Shown piece after piece: positions 1 to 8,957 of a stretch of DNA of 37,298 nt; the first letter of the stretch is position 1, and the number at the start of each line of letters is the position of its first letter. The stretch is taken from positions 1 through 37,298 of IMG/VR virus record IMGVR_UViG_3300032232_000062, one strand, 5' to 3'. The stretch comes from a virus (lineage: Duplodnaviria; Caudoviricetes). Under the pieces are notes generated by a model, which worked only from the letters and a program-made list of their open reading frames with translations, had not been told where the DNA came from and ran no database searches. Position numbers and translations under genes: made by a program.

Positions 1-123
1 CCTTTTTCTAGCCGAACTCGATACGCTACTTTGTGTTCTGCCCCGGTCAACACAGTCCAAGGCGGTATAGTAATTTTTCGCTCGTAAACACCGGGTAAAA
101 ATACGTGCTCAGTCACAATGTCG
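1..123. repeat. Terminal direct repeat, copy 1 (circular-assembly overlap)
   Basis: CCTTTTTCTAGCC...CACAATGTCG is identical to 37176-37298 and lies inside a coding sequence. Confidence 0.97.
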
Positions 124-218
124 GCTTGCGGCATCTTAAACAATTCGTTTTGCAACGCCAAGACCTTGTCCGGCGCAATCGCCGTAAGGTCAAATTGTTT
201 TTCACAAACCAGTTCCAT
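1..218 (-). CDS. 5' part of a cupin-like protein spanning the junction (join 218->1 and 37175->36836; 185 aa)
   Basis: ATG at 218 overlaps the upstream stop (TGATG). It reads MELVCEKQFDLTAIAPDKVLALQNELFKMPQADIVTEHVFLPGVYERK, in frame with the 36836..37291 ORF. Confidence 0.85.
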   Translation of the reverse strand, partial: MELVCEKQFDLTAIAPDKVLALQNELFKMPQADIVTEHVFLPGVYERKITIPPWTVLTGAEHKVAYRVRLEK

Positions 219-553
219 CAAGTCACTTCCCGCCCAGAAACCCGGATATTGATCGCGCTGGCCGTACCTGCAATTGTACTGATAAAGTCGCCAACCCCTA
301 GAACTTGCCCGACCAACTCTGGGAACGTGTAAACCTCAGACGCGGCAAGTGTCTTGGTCTTAGTAATCAAGTTGGTGTTTCCGGCAGAACCAGCTACTGT
401 GACCAAGTTGACGGAAATTGTAGCAGCCGAACCGCTGATGTTGGTCGCTGTAAATTTGTCAATGATTGCGGTAAGACCAGTCGCGGTGTACTGGGTTGTT
501 TGCGTGTTCTCAGCAAACTTTGCCGGAACTAAGACTTTTACTGAAACAGCCAT
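218..553 (-). CDS. Small beta-rich virion/tail-associated protein (111 aa)
   Basis: Thr/Ala/Ser-rich ORF co-oriented within the tail/ejection operon. Confidence 0.7.
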   Translation of the reverse strand: MAVSVKVLVPAKFAENTQTTQYTATGLTAIIDKFTATNISGSAATISVNLVTVAGSAGNTNLITKTKTLAASEVYTFPELVGQVLGVGDFISTIAGTASAINIRVSGREVT

Positions 554-564
554 GTGAAGATCCT

Positions 565-1023
565 TTATTCAAGCATGAGGTAGCTGCGAGAGTCTTGCTC
601 CCATTTGCCGGTGGTGCCGTTGTAGATCAGCTTGTCACCGTTAGACGGGTTCATTGCGCTCACATCAGCCAATTGCGAAAGCATAGCGGTTACTTGTGCG
701 GGCAGCAACGCCAGCGAGTCAATCTGCTTTTGCATCTCGGCAATCTGCGACACCAAGCCCGAGCAGCAATCCGTCAATACGTCTGGGGCCGGTAAAGCAA
801 CAACAGGCGGCAGCGTTTCCACAAATTGCGCCAGCGTTTGCAGTTCCGCATCAACAGAAGCAATCGTTGACTCGGCGCTAAATGTAAGCCCAGAGTCATC
901 AATAAACGCGATCGCTGCGTTGTTGAGCGATAGGAAGAACAGATACCAAGCTCGATCAATATACCCCGTGCGCGGATCAACTAGCGGTACACGCGGCGGG
1001 GTGATCGGCGTCACGTTAGGCAT
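565..1023 (-). CDS. Tail-associated protein (152 aa; occupies the tail-needle gene position)
   Basis: Follows the gp10-like gene. Has a coiled-coil middle and a C-terminal LADV...GDKLIYNGTTGKW fibre-type motif. Confidence 0.6.
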   Translation of the reverse strand: MPNVTPITPPRVPLVDPRTGYIDRAWYLFFLSLNNAAIAFIDDSGLTFSAESTIASVDAELQTLAQFVETLPPVVALPAPDVLTDCCSGLVSQIAEMQKQIDSLALLPAQVTAMLSQLADVSAMNPSNGDKLIYNGTTGKWEQDSRSYLMLE

Positions 1024-2554
1024 TTGTGCCGCTCAAGATCAACTCTGCGCCCATGATCACCGTCTTGACCGGATCGGTCCCCGAAATTTCGTAAACCCGA
1101 TCACGCAGCTTCAAAGTCATACCCAAGCGCCGCCAGAACACCCGATGGTAATAAGCGCCAATCTTGCCAACTGGCGACCAGTGTTCATTTGACCAAGTGT
1201 GGCCTGCGTCATCTGACCAGCGCAGCATAACTTTTGGATCGGCACCCTGCGTAGCGATTGCTTGCTGTTCTGCAATCAAATAATCACCGCTCTCAGTAAT
1301 CAAATAATCGCCATCTTCCGTTTGTAGGTAAATGTCTTCGTTTAAAACAAACCCGTTCAACCCAACGCCAGACTCGCAATCAAGTTGTAGGCTATGGTGC
1401 GCTGTACGCTTTAGGTTATTCTGACCAGTTGGCAGCGCCCGCCATGAGCGCAACCACTTCTGGATGCTGCCGTTGTCAGCGTACACATCTAAGTCAAAAG
1501 CGTAAATGTTGCCGTTGGCATAGTCGCCAACAACAATCTGATTATTAAACGACATCTGACAGTTACTGCGATGGCGGGTAAAGTCACCGTTTACCCAACC
1601 AGCCCGCTCATGCCACGCTTGCGTCGCCGCGTCGTACACCCACGTAGCGTTGCCGCTTGGGAATATCAAAACGTAGAAAGAATGACCGTCTTGCTGGTAC
1701 GTATAGGCAATTGCGTCAGAAATGTCGCTGTACTGCTGGATCTGCCATTCAATTGCATGGGTTGAGATCCGCTGGCCGGTGTATCCGTTAGCGCGGTAGA
1801 CCATACCCTGACCGCGACGGTCACGCCCAAGCCAAAACATTCCGTTGTCCATCTTGGCAACAGAATATGGTGCAGCGCAACCTAACTCATTGAACGCGCC
1901 TTGAATTCGTTGCAGCGGAAAGTCCGTCGCGCCAGAGTCGTACCAGACTTCAATCGAGTTAGTGCCAAACGCCCAGACTTCGCGGAAGTTCGCGGCTACC
2001 GCAATCAATCCATCTGGCGAGCCTTCAGTGCTGGCAAACTCAAGTGGGTCAATAGACGTACCGTCTAGCAGAGCAGTCACCCACAACTTCTGGCTGTTTG
2101 GCTCGTTGAACACAAAATAACCGTCCAGATAACAGACGGTTACAGCGCCGGGGAAGTCTGGATCGGTGATCTGCCCAAAGGCGTTGGTCGTGTTGTTGTA
2201 GATGTAGCTAGGACCGTTAGCCGCAATAAACAACTGAGTACCGTTATCAGCCAAACTGACAGGACCAGTGCCAGCCACCGTGCCCAACAGCGTGGGCGCA
2301 TACGCGGTGGTGATCTTGTACAACTCTGTACCAGACACTACAAAGGCTGTGCTGTCGCTGGACGAGAACGCCCACAGGCCCCTGATTGGCCCAATGCCAA
2401 TTGTTGCCAAGAACTTGAGTCCTGGCGCTCTGTTTAGGAATGCTGGTTCTTTACCTGCTTCCGGCACAATTTCTGGGAACAAGTTCACCATTCTGTTGTC
2501 GGCGGCGTTGACCGACCGAGCAACATACGCCGATCCCAGAATGGGACTTTTCAT
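1016..2554 (-). CDS. P22 gp10-like tail hub / packaged-DNA stabilisation protein (512 aa)
   Basis: Motifs DGYFVFN, EGSPD, WAFGTNSIEVW, YQQDGHSFY, TWVYDAATQAWHER, LRWSDDAGHTWS and WRRLG; size and position fit. Confidence 0.88.
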   Translation of the reverse strand: MKSPILGSAYVARSVNAADNRMVNLFPEIVPEAGKEPAFLNRAPGLKFLATIGIGPIRGLWAFSSSDSTAFVVSGTELYKITTAYAPTLLGTVAGTGPVSLADNGTQLFIAANGPSYIYNNTTNAFGQITDPDFPGAVTVCYLDGYFVFNEPNSQKLWVTALLDGTSIDPLEFASTEGSPDGLIAVAANFREVWAFGTNSIEVWYDSGATDFPLQRIQGAFNELGCAAPYSVAKMDNGMFWLGRDRRGQGMVYRANGYTGQRISTHAIEWQIQQYSDISDAIAYTYQQDGHSFYVLIFPSGNATWVYDAATQAWHERAGWVNGDFTRHRSNCQMSFNNQIVVGDYANGNIYAFDLDVYADNGSIQKWLRSWRALPTGQNNLKRTAHHSLQLDCESGVGLNGFVLNEDIYLQTEDGDYLITESGDYLIAEQQAIATQGADPKVMLRWSDDAGHTWSNEHWSPVGKIGAYYHRVFWRRLGMTLKLRDRVYEISGTDPVKTVIMGAELILSGTNA

Positions 2555-3285
2555 TAATAGTTACCAGCGTAGACGTTGAACCGCTGCCGCGTCGCAATCA
2601 GCGAATACGGCATCGACATCACATCGTCAGGGTTGTTGATGCGCTTCAGATTGCGTTTGCTGGTCATGGCAATACGCTGCACTTGCGGCGATGGTTCAAT
2701 GCCAAACTCAGGCGCAATCTCCATCGCCAGATTGTAGGTGAACGCCCGCAAATAGCCTGGGGGGAAAGCCAGCGTGGTTGATAGCGTTGCCGGTTGCGTC
2801 AACTCCTCAACGCTGATGAAGTGAAATTCCAACAGGCGCGTTGGTTTGGGGTAGATATAAATGTCAATATCTGGGTAGGTCATGTTTACAAACATGACCT
2901 GCGGGTAGGTAGACGTTACGGTCTTAACCGCAATGCCATCATATTGCTGTTGGTTGATCAGTTTGATCCCGTAAGACACATTCGTCTGCGGGTCACGAAA
3001 ATACGTCGCGTCGTCAATTAGAATGGGACGAACGGCAGTACCGTTTAGACGAACCAAAGACCCTGACGGGCCGAGCGTGGCGTTAATGGCTCCAACAGGC
3101 CAATTAACAATTTGGTCTATGGTTGAGAACACCGACAACCGCTCGGTGTTCCAACTGTCAATCATCTGATTCATTGCCATCAGCGCATCTTGCGACACTG
3201 ATGCCGATGGCGTTTCACCTTCTGCCAGAACACCCAACAGACGCAGGGCGCGGTTGATCTGATCGCCAGCGGAATATGTTGCCAT
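2554..3285 (-). CDS. P22 gp4-like head-tail adaptor
   Basis: ATG at 3285 after GAGG. Motifs ALRLLGVLAEGE...MIDSW and PPGYLRAFTYNLAMEIAPEFG; lies directly upstream of the gp10-like gene. Confidence 0.75.
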   Translation of the reverse strand: MATYSAGDQINRALRLLGVLAEGETPSASVSQDALMAMNQMIDSWNTERLSVFSTIDQIVNWPVGAINATLGPSGSLVRLNGTAVRPILIDDATYFRDPQTNVSYGIKLINQQQYDGIAVKTVTSTYPQVMFVNMTYPDIDIYIYPKPTRLLEFHFISVEELTQPATLSTTLAFPPGYLRAFTYNLAMEIAPEFGIEPSPQVQRIAMTSKRNLKRINNPDDVMSMPYSLIATRQRFNVYAGNY

Positions 3286-3298
3286 CGTAAACCTCAAG

Positions 3299-3320
3299 AG
3301 GAGGGGCCGAAGCCCCGCCT
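3299..3320 (-). terminator. C(UUCG)G hairpin with weak U tract (partial terminator or mRNA stabiliser)
   Basis: Minus strand AGGCGGGGC-TTCG-GCCCCTCCT between two structural genes. Confidence 0.55.
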
Positions 3321-3321
3321 G

Positions 3322-3735
3322 TTAGCTTGCGCCGTGGATGATGCAGAAGTTAATGATAATTGCTTCAGAGTATGAAGTCGCGCTCAAATTACGCAACGTA
3401 ATTGAAGCAGAACCAGCAGACATATTAGAAACGTAAGAGGTGTACGCCCCAGCGGTACTACCAGTGGTAACACTAGAAATACACACAGTAATTACGTCAT
3501 TGGTGGAAATAGTGCTGTTGTTTAACGTAAACGAAACCGCAGTAGATCCAGCCAAAGCTGCGTTGTTCATTGTAATGCGACCAGCAGACTTGTTCAGCGT
3601 TACCGCTGTTGACTTATCCGTTGCTTGCGTCACAGTACCTTGAGCGCCCGTTGCGTACCCAAGTTCCTGACTTGCGTAACAAGTCGTAAATTCTGGGTCG
3701 GAATATGCGACCCCAATTGCTTGCGTATTAGGCAT
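3322..3735 (-). CDS. Putative capsid decoration / head fibre protein (137 aa)
   Basis: GTVTQATDKSTAVTLNKSAGRITM motif; located downstream of the coat gene. Confidence 0.6.
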   Translation of the reverse strand: MPNTQAIGVAYSDPEFTTCYASQELGYATGAQGTVTQATDKSTAVTLNKSAGRITMNNAALAGSTAVSFTLNNSTISTNDVITVCISSVTTGSTAGAYTSYVSNMSAGSASITLRNLSATSYSEAIIINFCIIHGAS

Positions 3736-3746
3736 AATGATTCCTT

Positions 3747-3775
3747 AAAAAAGGGGAGGGCTTGTGACCCTCCCC
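3747..3775 (-). terminator. Rho-independent terminator
   Basis: Minus strand GGGGAGGG-TCACAAG-CCCTCCCC-TTTTTT. Confidence 0.8.
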
Positions 3776-3781
3776 CTAGAT

Positions 3782-4186
3782 TTAGCCCGCGATGCGGTAC
3801 AAAGTCCAAGAACCGTCACCCGTTTTGCGAGCACGGAACAAAGCCCCGGTGTTTTCCAAAACCACCATGTTGCCAAGCAATGTCCAGCCGGTAGCGGTAG
3901 ACAACGTAAGCTGATACGCGGTGTCATCAACTGCTACTGCAAAGTCAAATGCAGCATTGACCTTGGCGGCGCTGCTAATTGCAGCTTCCAGATCAGCAAC
4001 GGTTGGCAGCGTAACCACGGTGTCAGCCGAGGTGTTGCTGGTGATCAGACCGTTAGCCAGTTGAGCACCCGTTAGGGTTGCGGTGGTTGCGGTAATCGCA
4101 GTCGGTGCGCCTTGAACGATGAGTTGGGCTTCGCCGATGTTGCCATCACCGATTTGATACCCACCTGCGCCATTGGGAAGAGCCAT
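3782..4186 (-). CDS. Putative capsid decoration protein (134 aa)
   Basis: Immediately downstream of the coat gene and upstream of the terminator; AAGGA RBS; Ala/Thr-rich. Confidence 0.65.
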   Translation of the reverse strand: MALPNGAGGYQIGDGNIGEAQLIVQGAPTAITATTATLTGAQLANGLITSNTSADTVVTLPTVADLEAAISSAAKVNAAFDFAVAVDDTAYQLTLSTATGWTLLGNMVVLENTGALFRARKTGDGSWTLYRIAG

Positions 4187-4210
4187 GATTATTTCCTTAA
4201 ATTAAAAAGT

Positions 4211-5422
4211 TCAACCCCAGACGCGGCAGGCCATCTGTGGACGAATCGTGCTGAAACCATACAGAACGTCAATACGGCAAGGCAGACGGTCGTTGTTGAT
4301 GTCGTACTGGCGCACGACACGCAACGAAATACCGTTATGCACTGCGCGAGCAGCCATATCAACACCCTGCGGCAGCAACAAGTCAGCCGTAGCAAACGTG
4401 ATTGCGTCCTTGTGGTAGACCAAGTTCTGTGGGTACTGGGTTGAAGCAGTGCCAACAAACGTAATGACCGCGCTAGTTGCCGGGAACGCATCAATGGTAG
4501 CCAAAGCATTTGCCGACGTGTAAAGCGCCGGAGAAATTGCCAAGGTCATTGCAGTGCCGGAGGTAACGCTGTTGTCAGCGGTCACAACGAACTGTTGAAG
4601 CGAACCAGTTGACTCACGGGTCTGTGGGTTGACTGCGTACACGTTAGCAATCGTAAACACGTCGCCTTGCTTAACCGTTTTGGTTCCGCTGGTGAACGTA
4701 ATGGCGAGGGTTGATTGACCTTCGGCAAACGTGGCGCTTGCGGAAACAATTGGAGAAACAGGGAAGTTACCCGTGGTGTGCTGTTTGATTGACTGAGACA
4801 TATTGATCTCATCAAACCCAAGAACACCAGTCCCCATCATGCCGTTCTTGAACTGCTTGCTGATGGTATCCGTTGGGTTAAACAGACCTTTCATGCCTTC
4901 GACCAGACCAGCGTTGGCAGCGGGGTTAACCGTTGCATAACGTGGTGACATCACAGCGGCGTTCTCGTTCAGCTTCTGCTGCGCTTGCAACAGAACCAGC
5001 GATGTGCCTGGGGTCGTGCCTGGGGAGCCGACTGTGTTACCAATTGCTTTGTAAGCATTGGCAACGTCAGCGTCAATGCTAGAAGCCAACTGCGAGATAC
5101 GCGGCTTGAGAACGCGCTCTGCGAAGTCATCCAACTGCATTGTCAGCTCGGCAGACGTAAAGTTCACGCCGATATGCTTCTGCGAAGCCACGGTCAGGGT
5201 GGTGAACTGCTCGTTGTCGTCCTGAACTTGCAGGGCGGCACCGTCCGTCACCAGAGCGCGATCGGGCAGACGAATACGCAGGGTCGAACCGATTTTAGCG
5301 CCTTCAACGGCGAACGAATCGTCGTACTGGCGGTTGACGTTACGGGTAAGAACCAGATTGTTTTCCAAGATCTCCAGGGCCTTCCTGGTGATCATGTCAA
5401 TCGTAAGAATGCTATTTGACAT
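4211..5422 (-). CDS. Major capsid protein, P22 gp5 family (403 aa)
   Basis: N-terminal MSNSILTIDMITRKALEILENNL and C-terminal RIDVLYG; follows the scaffold gene; AAGGA RBS. Confidence 0.93.
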   Translation of the reverse strand: MSNSILTIDMITRKALEILENNLVLTRNVNRQYDDSFAVEGAKIGSTLRIRLPDRALVTDGAALQVQDDNEQFTTLTVASQKHIGVNFTSAELTMQLDDFAERVLKPRISQLASSIDADVANAYKAIGNTVGSPGTTPGTSLVLLQAQQKLNENAAVMSPRYATVNPAANAGLVEGMKGLFNPTDTISKQFKNGMMGTGVLGFDEINMSQSIKQHTTGNFPVSPIVSASATFAEGQSTLAITFTSGTKTVKQGDVFTIANVYAVNPQTRESTGSLQQFVVTADNSVTSGTAMTLAISPALYTSANALATIDAFPATSAVITFVGTASTQYPQNLVYHKDAITFATADLLLPQGVDMAARAVHNGISLRVVRQYDINNDRLPCRIDVLYGFSTIRPQMACRVWG

Positions 5423-5438
5423 GGTAATTCCTTAAAAG

Positions 5439-6176
5439 TTAGCGATTCTGAGCTTGCCATTTCTTAGTCTGGCGCAGCCGTTCTGCTTCAATCCATTCCG
5501 AGGCAGACATCGTTTTGGTGGACCTTGGGTCCGTCGTGTCATAACTCGGATTGCCTGAAGTTCTGGCAGTTACCGGACTAATCGGCGCGGGCGCGGACGT
5601 AGTACGTTTAACCGGAACATCGTTGGCTATTTTAGCCTCAATGCGTCCAATCTCCTTTGCTTGCAAAATCGGGCTAAGACGGGAAATGCGATCTGTCTCT
5701 TTTGGATTGGACCCGAGGTAATAAGCTACATCAGGGCCAGCATCAGAGGCTTGAATCGCTTGCGCCATCACGGTCGTGATTTTAAGACTTGGGTTGTACG
5801 CGACCTGTTCAAAGTCATCGTACTTGGTCCGAGCCTCTTCTTCACGCTCGTGATATGCCTCAAGAATCTCCGTCTGTTGGCGCTGCTGGTCCCGTTGTGC
5901 GATTAGCTGGATTGCTTTGGCTTCTGCGTAAGCATCAACCGAATCAAACTGATCTACAGGTGGAACATCAACGGCAACGGGCGGCGGTGCTTGACGCTCA
6001 CGCTCCCACTTTCGCTGTTCTCTTGCGAGACGTTTTTGAATTGCTGCATCAAGTTCCTCTTGCGAGAATGTCTTGGGCGCAACTTCCGGCGTATCTACTA
6101 CAGGTTCCGGGGCCGCCGTGGCTTCCAGTTCCGGCGCGGGCGCTACTTCCGCTTCAATCGCTACTTCTTCCGACAT
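5439..6176 (-). CDS. Scaffolding protein (245 aa)
   Basis: Acidic Pro-rich N-terminus, KTFSQEELDAAIQKRLARE, helical body; directly upstream of the coat gene. Confidence 0.85.
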   Translation of the reverse strand: MSEEVAIEAEVAPAPELEATAAPEPVVDTPEVAPKTFSQEELDAAIQKRLAREQRKWERERQAPPPVAVDVPPVDQFDSVDAYAEAKAIQLIAQRDQQRQQTEILEAYHEREEEARTKYDDFEQVAYNPSLKITTVMAQAIQASDAGPDVAYYLGSNPKETDRISRLSPILQAKEIGRIEAKIANDVPVKRTTSAPAPISPVTARTSGNPSYDTTDPRSTKTMSASEWIEAERLRQTKKWQAQNR

Positions 6177-6179
6177 TTT

Positions 6180-6211
6180 GAATCCTAAGATTCCCCGGTC
6201 TGCTGGGCCGG
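6180..6211 (-). promoter_or_regulatory. Two-hairpin 5' leader overlapping the scaffold-gene RBS
   Basis: Minus strand CCGGCC-CAGCA-GACCGG, then GAATC-TTAG-GATTC containing AGGA, then AAA-ATG. Confidence 0.5.
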
Positions 6212-6229
6212 TACAGTATTATTAGACAT

Positions 6230-6466
6230 TTAATTAAGTTGTGCAAGCCTATATGCTTCAACCACTTCGGCAGTATGCATGGCCGCGCAGACATTTTGTA
6301 CGCGAGTGTCTTCGTTGTTGTAGTCGTCGCCTGGGGCAACAACGTGGCGGTGAAACTTGCTGCTGATTTCAACGCCATTTTCTTTAATGGCGATCTTGGT
6401 GCGAACTTGCACACATCCGTTTTCTAATACCTCAATGCGGTCAACAATTTCAATTTTTTCAAGCAT
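6230..6466 (-). CDS. Small fibre-associated protein / chaperone (78 aa)
   Basis: MLEKIEIVDRIEVLENGCVQVR...FHRHVVAPG; AGGAAAG RBS. This type commonly accompanies DYEEGTWTP fibres (recalled, not searched). Confidence 0.65.
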   Translation of the reverse strand: MLEKIEIVDRIEVLENGCVQVRTKIAIKENGVEISSKFHRHVVAPGDDYNNEDTRVQNVCAAMHTAEVVEAYRLAQLN

Positions 6467-6509
6467 GATGCTTTCCTAGTCTGGCCCAAGAATCCACTTG
6501 GGTTGTGGT

Positions 6510-6767
6510 TTAACAATCAGTTGCGTCAGAAAATTCTGGCAGGGTTTTTAAGTGTTGATATGCTTGTGCAAGGGCGTTTTCACCAGCCAAGTTGTATTCG
6601 CAATCATATGATTTGGCTTGCACCGCAACATTAGATGTATTGTTGGCAAACGCGCCAACGGTGAAAGCCATCTCTGACTTGTTGATGATCTGGATGCGCC
6701 CGACACGGTGGTAGGCGTTTGGAATTTCAATTTCAAAATTTGATTGGATTGTTTTTTTGAGAGCCAT
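6510..6767 (-). CDS. Small fibre-associated protein (85 aa)
   Basis: AAAGGA RBS; C-terminal QAYQHLKTLPEFSDATDC; follows the tailspike gene. Confidence 0.65.
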   Translation of the reverse strand: MALKKTIQSNFEIEIPNAYHRVGRIQIINKSEMAFTVGAFANNTSNVAVQAKSYDCEYNLAGENALAQAYQHLKTLPEFSDATDC

Positions 6768-6779
6768 GATCGTTTCCTT

Positions 6780-8150
6780 TTAAATTGCCATGCCGGAGCC
6801 ACGGAAAAACGCGACTTTCAGTTCCGCACTTGTGATCGTGATTGACGAACCAGTCGTGTTTACGGCTAGTACGGTGAAATATTCTTTGCTTCCTGTTGTT
6901 GCAGGTGTTACTTGCAAAAGCAATCCTGGCCTGTACAAGTTTGTAATGCTGGCAGTTGCAATGGTGTCACCAGACCAAACATTGGGAATGTACTCGTCTG
7001 TGATCAAAGCGCCAGTAGCCCCAGCCCCAATTGTGGCTGTAACAGTTTTGGTGAACAACTGAAAAGAATTGAGCGTCGATGTGTTGGTGGTGTTGTCAAC
7101 CAATCGAATTTGATTGTTTATTAACAAATCTTTACGGTAACCGCCATCAACGGTGGTCGAGATGTACCGCTGCGTGACTGTGCTGCCAATTGTCGTTGTA
7201 CCAATGCTTGAGCCAACGGCATAAATGTTCTGATTCCCCGCACCAGATGCAGCGCCGACCAGTTTTCCAATGACGCTGTTTTTTATCGTCAATTGAGAAG
7301 TGTCATTGCCGATGTTGACGCCTTGTGTGTTTATCGCCCAATGGTCATCAATTGAGCAATTTGATACATCGTTCAACAGCAACCAAGGTTTTGTTGTGCT
7401 GACACTGCTTTCTGTGTAGCAACTGCTGAACGCCACTTCAAAGCAACGTGTAATAGCAATCTCGGCAGTCGCCGTGCTGTTGTTGACGCAGTTGAATTCA
7501 ATTATTGTGTCAATGAAATGCAACACGCGACCGTTGATTGTGGACAATGCGTAGAAGCCTTCCAGCGTGTTGAACGCGCTGTAACACTTCAACAGAGTGA
7601 TGGTTGTGTAATAACCGCTATCAAATGATGCGCTGTATTGTGGTGTTAATTCCCATCCACGATTGTTGTCGTATGCTTCGCATCGCTCAAAGAACAAATC
7701 AAAAAAGTTGTTGACTTTAAACCCAACATTAAATTTAGAAGTTCTTACGTTTGTTGCAGAACTATGTCCTGTAAATAAATAAGGCCCACCAGAATTTGCA
7801 AAATAAATGGCTGTAGCAGTATATGTTGCTGGAGGGCTAGTTGCTATTATAGAAAAATTATTGATCTCACAGCGCCCGTTAACAGTCAAACAAACACCAC
7901 TAAAAGCAGAAGTATTGCATTGAATGTTTGACAAAGTTGGCCCATCACCAAACATTGCTTTGCCTTCTGGCAACACCAATGATCCTGTAACAAGGTAAGT
8001 GCCGGCGGGGATGTAAACTGATTTATTAGTTGCTAATGCCGCAACAAATGCGGATTGAGAAGATGCAACTCCAGTAGGGTCAGCGCCATAATCCAAGACG
8101 TTGACAACAGCGCCCTGAATCATTGAATAAGAAACTTTAGTTAAGCTCAT
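6780..8150 (-). CDS. Tailspike with pectin-lyase-like beta-helix (putative depolymerase, 456 aa)
   Basis: VNVLDYGADPTG...AFVAALA...VYIPAGTYLV is the typical beta-helix start; Asn/Ser/Thr-rich body. Confidence 0.82.
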   Translation of the reverse strand: MSLTKVSYSMIQGAVVNVLDYGADPTGVASSQSAFVAALATNKSVYIPAGTYLVTGSLVLPEGKAMFGDGPTLSNIQCNTSAFSGVCLTVNGRCEINNFSIIATSPPATYTATAIYFANSGGPYLFTGHSSATNVRTSKFNVGFKVNNFFDLFFERCEAYDNNRGWELTPQYSASFDSGYYTTITLLKCYSAFNTLEGFYALSTINGRVLHFIDTIIEFNCVNNSTATAEIAITRCFEVAFSSCYTESSVSTTKPWLLLNDVSNCSIDDHWAINTQGVNIGNDTSQLTIKNSVIGKLVGAASGAGNQNIYAVGSSIGTTTIGSTVTQRYISTTVDGGYRKDLLINNQIRLVDNTTNTSTLNSFQLFTKTVTATIGAGATGALITDEYIPNVWSGDTIATASITNLYRPGLLLQVTPATTGSKEYFTVLAVNTTGSSITITSAELKVAFFRGSGMAI

Positions 8151-8159
8151 TCTGACTCC

Positions 8160-8948
8160 TTAAGCGCAAACATACGTTGCGGTAAAATTGGCAATGTTTG
8201 AGTCAGCGCCGGTTGCTATTGCTGATACTGGTAAAGCAGATGAATCTCCGTTTGCCGTAACGCGATAATACAAAAGAATGGAAGTTGAATTAGAACTTAC
8301 ACGCCCATTCGATGGGTTATTTGTAGCCCACGTTTCGCTTGCTGCAAGTGTTGCCGCAGATTGACCGTTAGCTGTTGTTCCTGTGTTGGCCGCAGATGTA
8401 AAAGGCAACCCGGATATAATTACAAGCCCTGTTGCAGCACCAACAGTCACAGCATCGGTTCTTAAATAACCTTGCACATGAACCACATTTCCAACGCGGA
8501 CGTATCGGCCTCCAACTTGAGGGTCATAAGTCACCGAAGTTAAAGATGTTCCCGTTGTGCTAAGGCTGGGTGTCCAAGTACCTTCTTCATAGTCAGCCAA
8601 CAACTCGCTTGTGCCTGTGCCGGGTGTAGCAGAAAAGTCAATGCCCTGACCGGATGTGCCAATAATTAAATTGCCGGTGCTTAATGTTTGATTGCCCGTA
8701 AACGACTGAGCTGCATCAATGCGAGCTACCGTAAAATTTGCGTCTGGTGTTGTCATTACGCGGGTTGCCGCAGCCGCGGGCCCCGCAATTTGCAAAATAC
8801 CATTGGTTGCATTTGACCGAATATTTTTTACTGTTAAATTATCAACAGAAACTTTAACCGTAACGCTAGACTGAACAATCGGCAACACCTCAGTGCCAGC
8901 AAGCGGCGTAGTTGACGCTGGCAATGCGGAAATTTTAGTATCGGCCAT
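8160..8948 (-). CDS. Tail fibre protein (262 aa)
   Basis: N-terminal MADTKISALP...GTEVLPIVQ module; C-terminal DYEEGTWTP...YVRVGNVV...ISGLPFTS domain. Confidence 0.78.
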   Translation of the reverse strand: MADTKISALPASTTPLAGTEVLPIVQSSVTVKVSVDNLTVKNIRSNATNGILQIAGPAAAATRVMTTPDANFTVARIDAAQSFTGNQTLSTGNLIIGTSGQGIDFSATPGTGTSELLADYEEGTWTPSLSTTGTSLTSVTYDPQVGGRYVRVGNVVHVQGYLRTDAVTVGAATGLVIISGLPFTSAANTGTTANGQSAATLAASETWATNNPSNGRVSSNSTSILLYYRVTANGDSSALPVSAIATGADSNIANFTATYVCA

Positions 8949-8957
8949 GATTGTTCC

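Noticed and set aside
1-123. 123-bp end repeat as a biological terminal repeat
   Set aside because: It falls mid-gene and the ORF reads through the junction, so an assembler overlap of a circular or permuted genome explains it best.
4189-4230. Programmed frameshift extension of the coat protein
   Set aside because: The alternative frame closes at 4189, adding only a few residues, and no convincing slippery site is present.
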